Under the pieces are notes generated by a model. The model was given only the letters and a program-made list of their open reading frames with translations, had not been told where the DNA came from and did no database searches. Shown piece after piece: positions 37,261 to 46,547 of a DNA stretch of 64,000 nucleotides (position 1 is its first letter; the number at the start of each line of letters is the position of its first letter). Source of the stretch: Clostridia bacterium. Lineage in GTDB: Bacteria > Bacillota > Clostridia > Oscillospirales > CAG-272. The position numbers and the translations under genes were made by a program. Where the stretch lies: the NCBI GenBank assembly GCA_017464805.1, contig JAFTYE010000008.1, positions 57,261-121,260 on the forward strand, written 5' to 3'.

Positions 37261-38235
37261 ATGATCCATCATTTTCTGATTAACCCTGCTGCCGGCAAGG
37301 GTACCTATACCGAAGCGCTGGTACGTAAGATCACGCGCGCGTGCGAGGGCCGCGGGGTAGGCTATCGTATCCACACCACCAAGCGTCCCTACGACGCGAC
37401 CGATTACGTGCGCGCACAGGTCGCCGACACAAGCGAGGTGCACCGCTTTTACGCCTGCGGCGGTGACGGCACGTTCAGCGAAACGGTGAACGGCGCACCG
37501 ATGGCGAAAAACGCCGAGTTTGGCCTCATTCCCATCGGAACGGGCAACGATTTTGAGCGCAACTTCACGGGCTTTGACAACTTTTTTGACATCGAGCGTC
37601 AGCTGGACGGCAAGGCCGTGCGGCTGGACGTGATGCGTTGCAACGACCGCTTTGCCTTCAACGTCATCAACGTCGGCTTTGACAGCAACGTAGCGAAAAA
37701 GACGGGAGAGATCAAGAGAAGCCCTCTCGTCCCATCCGGCTTTGCCTACACGGCGGCTCTTGCCATCACGCTTTGCAAGCCGTTCGGCACGAGAATGGAA
37801 GTGGAGCTTGGCGACGGCTCGACCATCCAAGAGACCCTGTTGCTGGCCGCGGTCGCAAACGGCGGCTTCTACGGCGGCGGCTACCACGTCGCACCCCGCT
37901 CCTCTCTGACCGACGGACTGCTTGACGTCTGCATCGTGAACAAGATCTCCCGTGCCAGATTTTTGGGGCTGGTAGGCTCCTACAAGGCGGGCACGCATCT
38001 GGAGAATGAAAAGGCAAAGGACATCATCCGCTATTACCAGACCGCGGCCGTGACCCTGCGCTTCGATACCCCCGTAGGGATCTCGGTAGACGGTGAGGTC
38101 GAGATGAACGATATGGTAAGGATCGAGGTCATTCCGCGTGCGTTTGCCTTCTCGATTCCCGACGGCTCTTCCCTTGCAAGTGAGGAAAGTGAAAAAAACG
38201 AGGTCAAAGCCGAGGCAACGGCCACCCTTGAATAA
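37261..38235 (+). CDS. Diacylglycerol/lipid kinase family (YegS/BmrU)
   Basis: INPAAG, GGDGT, IPIGTGNDF, NGGFYGGG, DGE. Confidence 0.92.
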   Translation: MIHHFLINPAAGKGTYTEALVRKITRACEGRGVGYRIHTTKRPYDATDYVRAQVADTSEVHRFYACGGDGTFSETVNGAPMAKNAEFGLIPIGTGNDFERNFTGFDNFFDIERQLDGKAVRLDVMRCNDRFAFNVINVGFDSNVAKKTGEIKRSPLVPSGFAYTAALAITLCKPFGTRMEVELGDGSTIQETLLLAAVANGGFYGGGYHVAPRSSLTDGLLDVCIVNKISRARFLGLVGSYKAGTHLENEKAKDIIRYYQTAAVTLRFDTPVGISVDGEVEMNDMVRIEVIPRAFAFSIPDGSSLASEESEKNEVKAEATATLE

Positions 38236-38300
38236 ATACAATTTCACGGTGCAGTGCGTCGATGCTTTCCGCTGTGCCGTGTTTCTTTTGAAAGAATTTT

Positions 38301-40562
38301 ATGAGTATACTTTACAATCGGCCGCTGGCCACCGTCTGCTTTATCTTTCTTCTGTCGCTTGCTGTCTGCGTCCTGTTCGGCGCCTCCTTTGCTCTCTTTC
38401 TCGGCACGGTAACGCTTTTTTCGCTTGTGCTCTCTCTGGTTTTCGTACTACGCCGCCATCGCTTGCGACGCACGCTTCTCCTCCTTTTCTGCCTGGCGGC
38501 GATCCTGCTTGGATCACTTCTTTACCTGTTCGAGATCTATCTATATGAGGCGCAGGCGGAGAAGTACGGCGACCTTCGAGTTAGGGTGACGGGAACGGTG
38601 ACGGAGCTGCTTCATTCCGAGTACACTGACGCCTTCTTCCTGGAGGTCGACGAAATCGACGGGGAAAGGGTACGTGGGTCTCTTTACGTACCGTACGAGA
38701 GCGACCTTGCGCCGAGTGAGGGAGACACCGTATGCTTTGAAGCCTCCCTCTCCCCGCCGTCCGAATGGGACGGAGAGAAACGGCTCTTTCGGCTCGCGGA
38801 CGGCGTGTTTGCGCAGGCGGCACTGGTAAGCGAGCTGGAGATCACGGGGGAAACGGACTCCCTGCGTCTGCGCCTGCTTTGCCGTTTCTCCTCCTGGCGG
38901 AACACTCTGTCCGCACGCCTGATCGAAGCGGTCGAGGGAGAGAGTGGTGCCTTGATGAGCGCGATGCTCCTCGGCAAGCGCGAGCTCCTTTCTGATTCGG
39001 TGTCGCGGGATTTCCGCCGCACGGGGCTTTCGCACATTCTGGCGATCAGCGGCTCTCACCTTGTCCTGCTCGGCGGACTTGCACTGAAGCTGTTTCGTGT
39101 GCTCGGCCTTCGCCACCGCGCATCCTACGCGGCGATGGCGGTCACGGTCATCACCTACACCATGCTGACGGGTCTGCCCGCTTCGGTTATACGGGCAACG
39201 CTGATGACGGTGCTTCTTGCACTCTCGCAGATCCTGTTCCGCCGTGCGGACGGCCTAACCTCACTTGGGGTGGCAGTCGCACTGATCCTTCTGTTTACAC
39301 CATACACCGTATATGATTACGGCTTTTGGCTCTCGGTGATCGCCACCTTTGGTATTCTGGTGTACACAGAATGGAGAGGGCGGCACAAACCGAAAGAAAA
39401 GCAGCCGTTTTGGCGGAACTTGCTTTCAGGCATCCCGCACAGCCTGTGTGTGACCCTGTGCGCCATCGGTGTGACGCTTCCCCTTTGTGCGATCTTTTTT
39501 GGGGAGCTTTCACTCATTTCACCGCTTGCCAACCTATTACTGGCACCTCTGCTGGAGGGCTACCTGATCCTGTCCCTGCCGGTTCTGCTGTTTGGACATG
39601 TGCCGCTTCTTTCCCCGCTCGCGGTGTGGTTTGGGGAACTGATTCTGCGTCTGACTACCCTTTTTGCGGAGCCGCGCCTTGCGGTGATCTCGATTAACTT
39701 TCTATCGGTGCAGATTCTTTTGTTCGTTTTGCTGTTTACGGCACTCGCACTCCTGCTTATGCGCCGTGTCCGACGCAGAAGCGTGCTTTGCGCGCTTCTG
39801 CCACAGGCGGCCACAATCACAATTTTGTTAATTTTTCTACAAGCGGTTTTGTTCTCGCAGAACGCGCTCCTATACACAATTTCAAGCAAAAACGAGGTGC
39901 TAATTCTGTACAGCGAGCGGCGCGCTCTGCTATGCGACTATACGGACGGCGGCTACGAAACCGTGGCTCTTACGACCTCGGAGGCGGCACAATTGCGTCT
40001 GACGGAATACGAGGGGTATCTTCTCACGCACTACCACGAAAATCATACAAGCAGCGTAGAGGAAATTTTAGAGTCGTACAAGGTACGCACCCTATATCTG
40101 CCCACACCGAGGAATGAGGAGGAGAAGGCGATCTACCATACCCTGCGAGAGGCGGCGGAAAAGGAGGGGGTTTCCTTCGTCCGTTATGATGAAAACACCC
40201 GAATCTTGCTGGGAAATCTGACCTTCATCCCGCATGCGGGCCTAACGGTGGGAGGACATGTGGACGGTGCTGCCACGGTACTTTCGGATGAAGCGCGCCT
40301 AACCTATCTCGGCGGTGCCTTCCGGAGAGAAGAAAACTGCGCAGCGGCAGAAGAGGCAGTGGCAAAAAGCACACATCTCCTCTTCGGGCGGCATGGCTCG
40401 CTGCCAAACGATCCTTTCCCGTTCGAGAAATTATCCTCGAAGCTGTCGCTTTTGCTGATTCCTGAAACAGCCCGGCTGCCGAGCGCCCTGCGCGAGGAGC
40501 TGGACGAACACGGCATCCCCTATCGCACGCAAGAGGTGCGAGAGTACATCCCTTTGGATTGA
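38301..40562 (+). CDS. comEC: ComEC/Rec2 competence channel
   Basis: OB domain, F..TGLSHILAISGSH, S..RA, GFWLS..AT, degenerate C-terminal MBL domain (THYHENH, RHGS). Confidence 0.88.
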   Translation: MSILYNRPLATVCFIFLLSLAVCVLFGASFALFLGTVTLFSLVLSLVFVLRRHRLRRTLLLLFCLAAILLGSLLYLFEIYLYEAQAEKYGDLRVRVTGTVTELLHSEYTDAFFLEVDEIDGERVRGSLYVPYESDLAPSEGDTVCFEASLSPPSEWDGEKRLFRLADGVFAQAALVSELEITGETDSLRLRLLCRFSSWRNTLSARLIEAVEGESGALMSAMLLGKRELLSDSVSRDFRRTGLSHILAISGSHLVLLGGLALKLFRVLGLRHRASYAAMAVTVITYTMLTGLPASVIRATLMTVLLALSQILFRRADGLTSLGVAVALILLFTPYTVYDYGFWLSVIATFGILVYTEWRGRHKPKEKQPFWRNLLSGIPHSLCVTLCAIGVTLPLCAIFFGELSLISPLANLLLAPLLEGYLILSLPVLLFGHVPLLSPLAVWFGELILRLTTLFAEPRLAVISINFLSVQILLFVLLFTALALLLMRRVRRRSVLCALLPQAATITILLIFLQAVLFSQNALLYTISSKNEVLILYSERRALLCDYTDGGYETVALTTSEAAQLRLTEYEGYLLTHYHENHTSSVEEILESYKVRTLYLPTPRNEEEKAIYHTLREAAEKEGVSFVRYDENTRILLGNLTFIPHAGLTVGGHVDGAATVLSDEARLTYLGGAFRREENCAAAEEAVAKSTHLLFGRHGSLPNDPFPFEKLSSKLSLLLIPETARLPSALREELDEHGIPYRTQEVREYIPLD

Positions 40563-40682
40563 ACGAAATTCCCACACTTAAAAAACACATTTTTTTACAA
40601 ATACATTTGCGAAGAAATCCTGTATAATAAAATTGTAAGATTAACCTGGCAACAAATTTATCTCAAAAGAGGAGGCCACTTC

Positions 40683-41543
40683 ATGCTTGACAAAAAATTC
40701 GTTTTGACCGGCTTTGCCGATGAAATTGACAGCGACACCACCGTTCAGTTCACCGAATTCCACAACCTCAACATTTCCTACTACGAGCCGCGCGGCATCG
40801 ACGGCAAGAATATCTCCGCCCTGCCCCTTGCCGAGGCGTGTACCCTGAAGGCCAAGATGGATTCCTTCGGCATTCGCGCTTCCTCCATCGGGTCGCCGAT
40901 CGGCAAAATCTCCGTGACCGACAATTTTGAGGAGCACATGGAAAAACTCCGTCACGTGATCGAGGTGGCGCATGCGCTGGAAACCAAATACATTCGCATT
41001 TTCAGCTTTTATTATCCCGAAGAGGACGGCCCAGAGAAGTGGAGAGGTGCGATCCTTGACCGCATGAACGCCATGGCAGAGCTGGCCGAGAAGAACGACG
41101 TGATGCTGTTGCATGAGAATGAGCACAAGATCTACGGCGAGACCGCCGAGCGTTGCCTTGACATCTTCGAGCAGGTAAATTCCCCTGCCCTGCGCGCGGT
41201 ATTTGACGCAGGCAACTTCGCCTTCTGCGGTCTGGAGGCTTATCCGCACGCCTTCAACCTGCTGCACAAGCACATCGAATATCTGCACATAAAGGATGCG
41301 GAGATGGCAGGCAAGATCGTGCCGCCCGGCTATGGTGCCGCCTGTATCAAGGAGGTGCTTGCGGCCCTGGCGAAGGATAATCGCTCCTACTTTGTGAGCC
41401 TTGAACCGCACCTCGGCTTCTTTGACGGTCTGGCCGATCTGACCTCCAACCCGAAGTTTGCCGACATTCCGAAGTCCGGCAAGGACACCTTTAAGCTGGC
41501 CTATGATTGCCTTATGGAAATCATGAACGGTATCAAAGCATGA
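40683..41543 (+). CDS. Sugar phosphate isomerase/epimerase (xylose-isomerase-like TIM barrel)
   Basis: GFADEI, IGSPIGK, IRIFSF, LLHENE, FD.GNF, YLHIKDA, SLEPH. Confidence 0.88.
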   Translation: MLDKKFVLTGFADEIDSDTTVQFTEFHNLNISYYEPRGIDGKNISALPLAEACTLKAKMDSFGIRASSIGSPIGKISVTDNFEEHMEKLRHVIEVAHALETKYIRIFSFYYPEEDGPEKWRGAILDRMNAMAELAEKNDVMLLHENEHKIYGETAERCLDIFEQVNSPALRAVFDAGNFAFCGLEAYPHAFNLLHKHIEYLHIKDAEMAGKIVPPGYGAACIKEVLAALAKDNRSYFVSLEPHLGFFDGLADLTSNPKFADIPKSGKDTFKLAYDCLMEIMNGIKA

Positions 41544-42745
41544 AAACCAAGATCATAAACGGCAGGATTCTGCAGGACGGCGCATGGACGGACGGTGTTG
41601 TTCTCTACTTCGAGGACGGTATCATTACCGAGATCTCTGCACAGAATAAGCCCTGTGACGAAGAGATCGACGCGCACGGCTGTTATGTTTCCCCCGGTTT
41701 TATCGACCTGCATACGCACGGCGCGGGGGGAGCGGACTTCATGGACGGCACAGTAGATGCCTACATGACGGCATCCCGCATGCACGCCTCGCACGGAACG
41801 ACCGCCCTTTACCCCACCGTGCTTTCGGGTAGCCGCGAGGACATTGACGCCTCCTGCGCCCTGTATGCCGAGGCATGCAAGGAAAAAACACAATATGCCA
41901 AGATGCTTGGCCTGCACCTGGAGGGGCCGTACTTTGCATACGCCTTCCGCGGGGCACAGGATCCGAAGCACCTTCGCAATCCCGACCCGACGGAGTACAA
42001 GGAGTTAGTACGCAAATATCCCGGCATGATCAAGCGTTGGTCCTGCGCCCCAGAGCTGGAGGGCTCCGAGGAATTTGCCACTTTTTTGAAGGAACACGGC
42101 ATTTTGGCAGCCTTCGGACATACCGAGGCAGACTGCCGGGATGCCTACCGTCTGTACGACGCAGGCTTTACCCACATCACGCACCTGTATTCCTGCACCA
42201 CCACAGTCTACCGTAAGGACGCAAAGCGTTATGCGGGGCTGGTGGAGGCAGCTTATCTGCATGACGGCATCACCTTTGAAATCATCGGGGACGGCATCCA
42301 TCTGCCGCCCGAGTTGCTCCAATTCGTTTACAAGTTCAAGCCCACCACCCACGTCGCGCTGATCACTGATTCCATGCGCGCGGCGGGAATGGAGGAGGGC
42401 GAGAGCATCCTTGGAGGTCTTAAGACCGGCCAACGCGTGATCGTGGAGGAGGGCGTTGCCAAACTTCCCGACCGCACGGCCTTTGCGGGTAGCGTAGCCA
42501 CCATGGATCGCGTGGTACGCAACATGGTCAAAATGGGTGGCGCGACACTGGCGGACGCCGTCAAGATGGCAAGCGAAACGCCGGCCGCCATCATGAAGCT
42601 GACGGATACCGGCAAGCTTCAGGTCGGATATGCCGCTGATATCATCATTTTTGACGAAGAGATCGACGTAAAAAGAACGATTGCCGACGGACAAACCGTC
42701 TATCAAAAACAGGGAGTGATTAAAAATGTTTGGCAGGGAAAATGA
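41540..42745 (+). CDS. nagA: N-acetylglucosamine-6-phosphate deacetylase family
   Basis: PGFIDLHTHG, HLEGPY, GHT, THLYS, DGIH, LITDS, FAGS. Confidence 0.85.
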   Translation: MKTKIINGRILQDGAWTDGVVLYFEDGIITEISAQNKPCDEEIDAHGCYVSPGFIDLHTHGAGGADFMDGTVDAYMTASRMHASHGTTALYPTVLSGSREDIDASCALYAEACKEKTQYAKMLGLHLEGPYFAYAFRGAQDPKHLRNPDPTEYKELVRKYPGMIKRWSCAPELEGSEEFATFLKEHGILAAFGHTEADCRDAYRLYDAGFTHITHLYSCTTTVYRKDAKRYAGLVEAAYLHDGITFEIIGDGIHLPPELLQFVYKFKPTTHVALITDSMRAAGMEEGESILGGLKTGQRVIVEEGVAKLPDRTAFAGSVATMDRVVRNMVKMGGATLADAVKMASETPAAIMKLTDTGKLQVGYAADIIIFDEEIDVKRTIADGQTVYQKQGVIKNVWQGK

Positions 42746-43547
42746 CATACACGTTCTGTGGTCAAGCTCTTGCAAATATTTACCCGGAAGCCGTGTAGAC
42801 GAGCACACTCACGATTTCTTTCATTATCTGTATATTCTGAAGGGACAGGGGGAGATCCATATCGGAAACGAGACCCATATCATTCACCCGAATGAGATCT
42901 ATCTGATCCCACCGAACACGGTGCACGGCTTTTACAACAGCAGTGAGACCTCCAAGCTTCTTTGTGCGGAAATCAAGTTTGACGTGCACGCTCCCGAATA
43001 TCGCAGAACGGTTCTGGAGCTACCGAATGTTCTGTCGGTCAAGAACACGCCCATTTCCCGCATCCTCATGGACATTTACAAGGAAACTCGTGTTAAGGAT
43101 CACATGTCCGAAACCATTTCCGTGCTCCTGATGCAGGAGTTATTTGCTTACCTTCTCCGCGCGGCCACAGGTGGCATGGAGGACGCAAAGCCCGCTCCGA
43201 AGCAGGAAACGACCAAAAGCGGTGACGATCTTTCCCGTGTTCTGGACTACATTTTCGAGAATGTACAGAACAACATCACCCTACAGGATCTGGCCAACAT
43301 CTGCTGTCTGGAAAAGACTTATTTCCTAAAGAAATTCAAGACGTTGACGGGCTATACCCCCATGGCGTACGTCCGCAAGGAAAAGATCAAGAAAGCCAAG
43401 GAGCTTCTCATCTACTCGGATATGAACATCACCCAAATCTCCGAGGCGGTAGGATTTGAAAGCATCCATCACTTCTCTAACGTCTTTTCCAAGGCAACGG
43501 GCATGTCCCCGAACAAGTTCAAAAAAGAGCACATGCTGGAAAACTGA
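42726..43547 (+). CDS. AraC family transcriptional regulator
   Basis: Cupin H.H.F domain plus C-terminal I..IS..VGF...HFS..F.K..G.SP. Confidence 0.93.
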   Translation: MFGRENDIHVLWSSSCKYLPGSRVDEHTHDFFHYLYILKGQGEIHIGNETHIIHPNEIYLIPPNTVHGFYNSSETSKLLCAEIKFDVHAPEYRRTVLELPNVLSVKNTPISRILMDIYKETRVKDHMSETISVLLMQELFAYLLRAATGGMEDAKPAPKQETTKSGDDLSRVLDYIFENVQNNITLQDLANICCLEKTYFLKKFKTLTGYTPMAYVRKEKIKKAKELLIYSDMNITQISEAVGFESIHHFSNVFSKATGMSPNKFKKEHMLEN

Positions 43548-43554
43548 ATCAAGC

Positions 43555-43588
43555 AAAAAAGCCCCTGCCGGGAACGGCAGGGGCTTTT
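43555..43588. terminator. Bidirectional terminator
   Basis: AAAAGCCCCTGCCG-GGAA-CGGCAGGGGCTTTT. Confidence 0.85.
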
Positions 43589-43599
43589 ACTTTTTCTTT

Positions 43600-44367
43600 T
43601 TATTTCAGGAGAGAGCCGCTGTCCCCATCAATGAAGGCGGTCGCATTGTTGTGACGGCGCAGGATCGTGCAGGGCACGGCGGGGGTGATGTCGGCGTTTA
43701 CCATGTTGTAAACGGCCTCTGCCTTGGTAGCGGCAGGAACCGTGCAGACGATATAGTCCACGTTTACCAGCGTGGGAATGGTGAGAGTGAGGGCGTGGGT
43801 CGGCACGTCAGAGAGCTTCACAAAGCAACCGTCGTTAACCTGCTGATTACGGCACTTCTCATCCAGCTCAACCTTTTTCACGGCGACCTTATCCTCAAAG
43901 TCGGCTACGTGGGGGTCGTTGAAGGCGATGTGGCCGTTTTCCCCGATGCCCATACAAACAAGATCGACTTTAGCATCTGCGAGGAGCTTGCTGTAACGGG
44001 CGCATTCCGCATCAATATCGGCGGCGTTGCCATTGATGTAGTTGACACTCTTGAAGGGGCATTTGGAGAAGATCGCGTTCGAGAGGAAGTTGCCAAAACG
44101 CTGGGGTGCGGAGGCATCCAGGCCGACATACTCATCCATATGGAAGGCATTGACGCGGTTCCATTCAATCTCTCGGTCGGCTACCAGGCCCGAAAGGATC
44201 TCATTCTGCGAGGGAGCGGCGGCGAAGATGATGCTGATGCTTTCCTTCTTTTTGAGCAGGTCCTTGATGATGGTGGCTGCATGAGCCGCAGCGGCCGCGC
44301 CCATTTCGGCACGGGTGTCGTATTTCTTTACGGTCAGCTTATCCTGAACGATGATTTTTTCAGCCAT
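43600..44367 (-). CDS. nagB: Glucosamine-6-phosphate deaminase/isomerase family
   Basis: FHMDEYVGL, MGIGENGHIAFNDP, RNQQVNDGCF, VPTHALTLTIP. Confidence 0.8.
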   Translation of the reverse strand: MAEKIIVQDKLTVKKYDTRAEMGAAAAAHAATIIKDLLKKKESISIIFAAAPSQNEILSGLVADREIEWNRVNAFHMDEYVGLDASAPQRFGNFLSNAIFSKCPFKSVNYINGNAADIDAECARYSKLLADAKVDLVCMGIGENGHIAFNDPHVADFEDKVAVKKVELDEKCRNQQVNDGCFVKLSDVPTHALTLTIPTLVNVDYIVCTVPAATKAEAVYNMVNADITPAVPCTILRRHNNATAFIDGDSGSLLK

Positions 44368-44399
44368 ATTGGTTTCCTTACTTTCTGTTGATTTTACTA

Positions 44400-44448
44400 T
44401 TGTATTCTACAACAAAGATATTCTACAACATTTCTTTTGATTTGTCAA
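44400..44448 (-). promoter_or_regulatory. nagB promoter with overlapping operator-like repeats
   Basis: TTGACA-17-TAGAAT (44448-44420); TATTCTACAACA direct repeat at 44403-44414 and 44419-44430; palindrome TTGTA-N3-TACAA at 44400-44412. Confidence 0.7.
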
Positions 44449-44450
44449 GG

Positions 44451-44479
44451 GAAAACGGCGCGCCGAGCGCGCCGTTTTC
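44451..44479 (-). terminator. Terminator of the oxidoreductase operon
   Basis: GAAAACGGCGCGC-CGA-GCGCGCCGTTTTC. Confidence 0.8.
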
Positions 44480-44488
44480 TTTCTATGA

Positions 44489-45502
44489 TCAGATCTTACC
44501 TGCCAGCAGCATCTCAACCATGTCCATGGACTTGGCCGCATCCTCGGCGGTGCAGAGCGGCTTGGTGCCGTTTGCAATCGCGTTGATGAAGTCGATATCC
44601 TCGGACTTGTAGCCGTAGTACTGGTGGTACTCGCTACCGCCGGCGATCTCAATGCCGTCGAGGTATTCGATGTTGGAATCGCCCACGCCTGCGGAAGCGG
44701 CGGAATAGATCAGCTTACCGGTGTTGTACATGATCATGGCCTCACACTTGGGATCGGCAAAACCGACGTTGATGTAGGCGCTGGCACCGGGGCCGTGGAT
44801 CTCGAAGTCGTGAATACGGGCAGAGGCCTGGTAGTTCGCACGCAGGGTGCCGATGATGCCGTTCTCGAACTCAATCACACTGGACCATGCGTTATCTACG
44901 GGAGAATTGAAGCGACCGATGACGGTAGCGGCCTTCTTCGGCTCAGCTCCTGCGGCATAGCGAACGAAATCGATGGCGTGCACGATATCACAGTTGTAAG
45001 CACTGGCATAGTTCCAGCAATCCGCGATGTCGCTATACTTCATGAAGCGGCCGTCGATCTCAGTGATGGTGGTGACGGCGGAAAGCTTTTTCAGAACCTC
45101 CTGCAGCAGGGGAATGTGGCGACGGTTCATTGCCACAGCGGCTGTCTTGCCGGTCTGCTCGGCAGTTCTGGCGAGAGAGTGTGCCTGATAGGCATTGATG
45201 CCGAGAGGCTTCTCAATCATCACGTGGAAGCCTGCCTTCATGCAGTCATCGGCTACACGGAAGGTACAGTCGGGGTTCACGAGGCAGAATACGGCGTCCA
45301 TTTCCTCGTTTTTCAGCATGTCGTGATACACGGCGTAAGTTTTCTTGACACCGTACTTTTCGGCAAGGGCCTTTGCCTTTTCCTCATGCAGATCGCAGAT
45401 GGCGACCACTTCACAGTTCTCAATCTCGGCAAGGCTGGGCATATGGACGCTGGTTGCGATGCCGCCTGCACCGATGATACCTACTTTTACCTTTTTAGCC
45501 AT
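44489..45502 (-). CDS. Gfo/Idh/MocA oxidoreductase
   Basis: GIIGAGGIA, IEKP, NRR, IVHAID; ATG at 45502 with GGAG RBS. Confidence 0.9.
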   Translation of the reverse strand: MAKKVKVGIIGAGGIATSVHMPSLAEIENCEVVAICDLHEEKAKALAEKYGVKKTYAVYHDMLKNEEMDAVFCLVNPDCTFRVADDCMKAGFHVMIEKPLGINAYQAHSLARTAEQTGKTAAVAMNRRHIPLLQEVLKKLSAVTTITEIDGRFMKYSDIADCWNYASAYNCDIVHAIDFVRYAAGAEPKKAATVIGRFNSPVDNAWSSVIEFENGIIGTLRANYQASARIHDFEIHGPGASAYINVGFADPKCEAMIMYNTGKLIYSAASAGVGDSNIEYLDGIEIAGGSEYHQYYGYKSEDIDFINAIANGTKPLCTAEDAAKSMDMVEMLLAGKI

Positions 45503-45521
45503 GGTTGTTATCCTCCAAATA

Positions 45522-46547
45522 TTAGTTGATATAGACTTTTTCACCGGTTTTTGCAGACCGATAAACTGCATCAATAATCGCGACGGCGCGTTTTCCTTCG
45601 CTTGCGTCAATGAAGGGCCGTCTGTTCTCGGCAATCGCCTCGGCAAAGTCCGCAATCTGCGTCTTGTGCAGAGAATGATCCATGCCGTCAGGGCGACTGC
45701 CTGTGGCTTTTTTAGAGACACCGCAATCGAGATTGTATGCGGGATTCTTGAAATCCGAAAAGGCAATCGTGTCCTCGGTCAGCACCACCGACCCCTCCGT
45801 TCCCGAGATCTCCAATCGGCGTTGAAATCCGGGATAGATACAGGTGGTTGCCTGGATCACACCGAACGCACCGCTTTTGAATTCCAGAAGTGCGCTGACA
45901 ATATCCTCGGTTTCAATCTTGTGGTACTTGGTATCGGCAATGGCCTGCACGGACACGACGGGGCCTGCGACATATTGCAACAGGTCCACGCCGTGAATAC
46001 CCTGATTCATCAAGGCTCCGCCACCGTCCATTTTCAGCGTTCCCTTCCAGTTACTGGAGGTGTAGTAGTCCTCGGAGCGATAGTATTTCATGTAGATATC
46101 CGCCGACACGACCCGACCGAAATGCCCTTCCTCGACTGCCTTTTTCAAGGCGGTCACGGCGGGGGTGTAGCGAAGCTGGGAAATGACGGTCACCTTGACG
46201 CCCATTTTGTCGGCCTCGGCGATGATCTCATCCGCCTCGGCGGCGGTGAAGGCCATCGGCTTTTCCAGAATGACATGCTTACCCGCGCGGATGCAGGCAA
46301 GAGCCATGGGATAATGCAGACCGCTTGGCAGGCAGATGGACACAATATCGATGCCCGCATCTCTCATCAACTCCTCATCCGAGGAATAGAGGCGGATGCC
46401 GTAGCTCTCGCAGAATTTTTCGCCACCGGGCTTGTAGGCATCAAATGCGCCGACAAGCGAGAGCGAGGGGATCTCCGAAATAGCCTTGGCGTGGTAGTTC
46501 GCGACCATGCCACAGCCGAGGATCCCGACGGAAAGCGTTTTTGCCAT
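45522..46547 (-). CDS. Gfo/Idh/MocA oxidoreductase
   Basis: GILGCG, PSGLH, LEKPM, DGGGALMNQGIH..D. Confidence 0.92.
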   Translation of the reverse strand: MAKTLSVGILGCGMVANYHAKAISEIPSLSLVGAFDAYKPGGEKFCESYGIRLYSSDEELMRDAGIDIVSICLPSGLHYPMALACIRAGKHVILEKPMAFTAAEADEIIAEADKMGVKVTVISQLRYTPAVTALKKAVEEGHFGRVVSADIYMKYYRSEDYYTSSNWKGTLKMDGGGALMNQGIHGVDLLQYVAGPVVSVQAIADTKYHKIETEDIVSALLEFKSGAFGVIQATTCIYPGFQRRLEISGTEGSVVLTEDTIAFSDFKNPAYNLDCGVSKKATGSRPDGMDHSLHKTQIADFAEAIAENRRPFIDASEGKRAVAIIDAVYRSAKTGEKVYIN

